From the human T2T-CHM13v2.0 reference genome, Homo sapiens, in assembly GCF_009914755.1 (NCBI RefSeq), contig NC_060926.1: 64,000 nucleotides of DNA. One strand, 5' to 3'. Below the pieces are notes generated by a model, which had not been told where the DNA came from, did no database searches, and worked only from the letters and a program-made list of their open reading frames with translations. How positions within the stretch are numbered: the first letter of the stretch is position 1; each line of letters begins with the position of its first letter. The position numbers and the translations under genes are program-made. Positions 63,061 to 64,000 of the stretch are shown here, piece after piece.

Positions 63061-64000
63061 TTACCTCATTAGACTTTAAGTCTTTAAAGTCAGGGACTAC
63101 ATCTTGTAATTATTGCCTGTTACCCTATAGAACCGTACAAAGTCCTGAACGCATGGAAAGTCTCAGGGACTATTTGTAGAATGAAGAATTGGAATTAAGG
63201 AAAAAGTCAGTGAACCATTAAGAATTGGGCAAGTGAATGTATAAACACAAGCTGTATTCACTGGGACATGGGCTATGAAAGATAGAAAGAACTTGCTCAG
63301 ATAGTCCTTTTAATATACCACATTTATATCCCTCATTCATTCCTTTTTTCTTCCTTCACTGATTCAGCAAATATTTACTGAGCGCCTACTACGTCCCTCA
63401 TCTGAGACAGATGAGTCAAACACTCCCTTGTCCCTCAGTCCCAACCCTAACATAAACCCTACCCAAATAAGGAAGAGAAAATAGTTTTTATGTATGTATG
63501 TAAGTAGGTAGATATTTATTTATCAGTTGGTCTATCAATCAATTGATTGATTGCCTCTGTTCACACAATTGGCTATAATGATTGGAACAGAAAACCATAA
63601 CAAAGCAGCTCTGGTGAGTTTACTATATATCCAGAAAAGCATCAAAATAATTTGGGTTTTCCTTTGGGGTAGAAAGAAAAATAAATGTTCTTAATCTAGT
63701 CATGGTCTTTAAAGCATATTAGAGGTAAGCAGCTCTTATCATAATTTACCAATTACATAAGAATCAGAGAAGGTGATGATTTCTTATTACTGCTTTATGA
63801 AATTCTAACGGACCCTGCAACTGTTTATAGAAATAACACCTTCCCAGTCATGCTTCAGCATCAGCCCAGGAAATAGGTTAGAATCATAGGATTTTAATAT
63901 GAAAAGGACAGAGATTAGAACTCACTTATTTGATATTACAGAAACAAAGACTCAGGAAGTTTAGGTGATTTGCCCAGATTAAAAAAGAATAACTTGGTAT

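Overview
This is repeat-rich, CpG-poor primate (very probably human) non-coding DNA, either intergenic or a large intron. I found no protein-coding gene, RNA gene or CpG island. The only ORFs resembling real proteins are decayed L1 ORF2 fragments (20.4-23.3 kb) and a decayed Tigger2 transposase (44.3-46.1 kb); the rest are chance or low-complexity ORFs. Recognisable content: 8 Alus, a ~3.4 kb internal L1MA-type fragment, several L1 3' ends, a near full-length Tigger2, MER47/MER53/MER5 MITEs, MaLR LTRs (MLT1, MST), many MIR and L2 relics, and a ~570 bp (GGT/GAT)n tract. I do not see a convincing novel biological system. The best leads are: a homeodomain-motif-dense unique block followed by an ATG|GTAAGC donor (58.27-58.69 kb); an Alu with a multi-template insertion scar (57.2 kb); a ~190 bp diverged local duplication with layered repeats (48.3-49.8 kb); a splice-donor hairpin with a TGCATG loop (39.3 kb); and many short local duplications. 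Repeat families were called by eye from remembered consensus sequences, and boundaries of old repeats are approximate.
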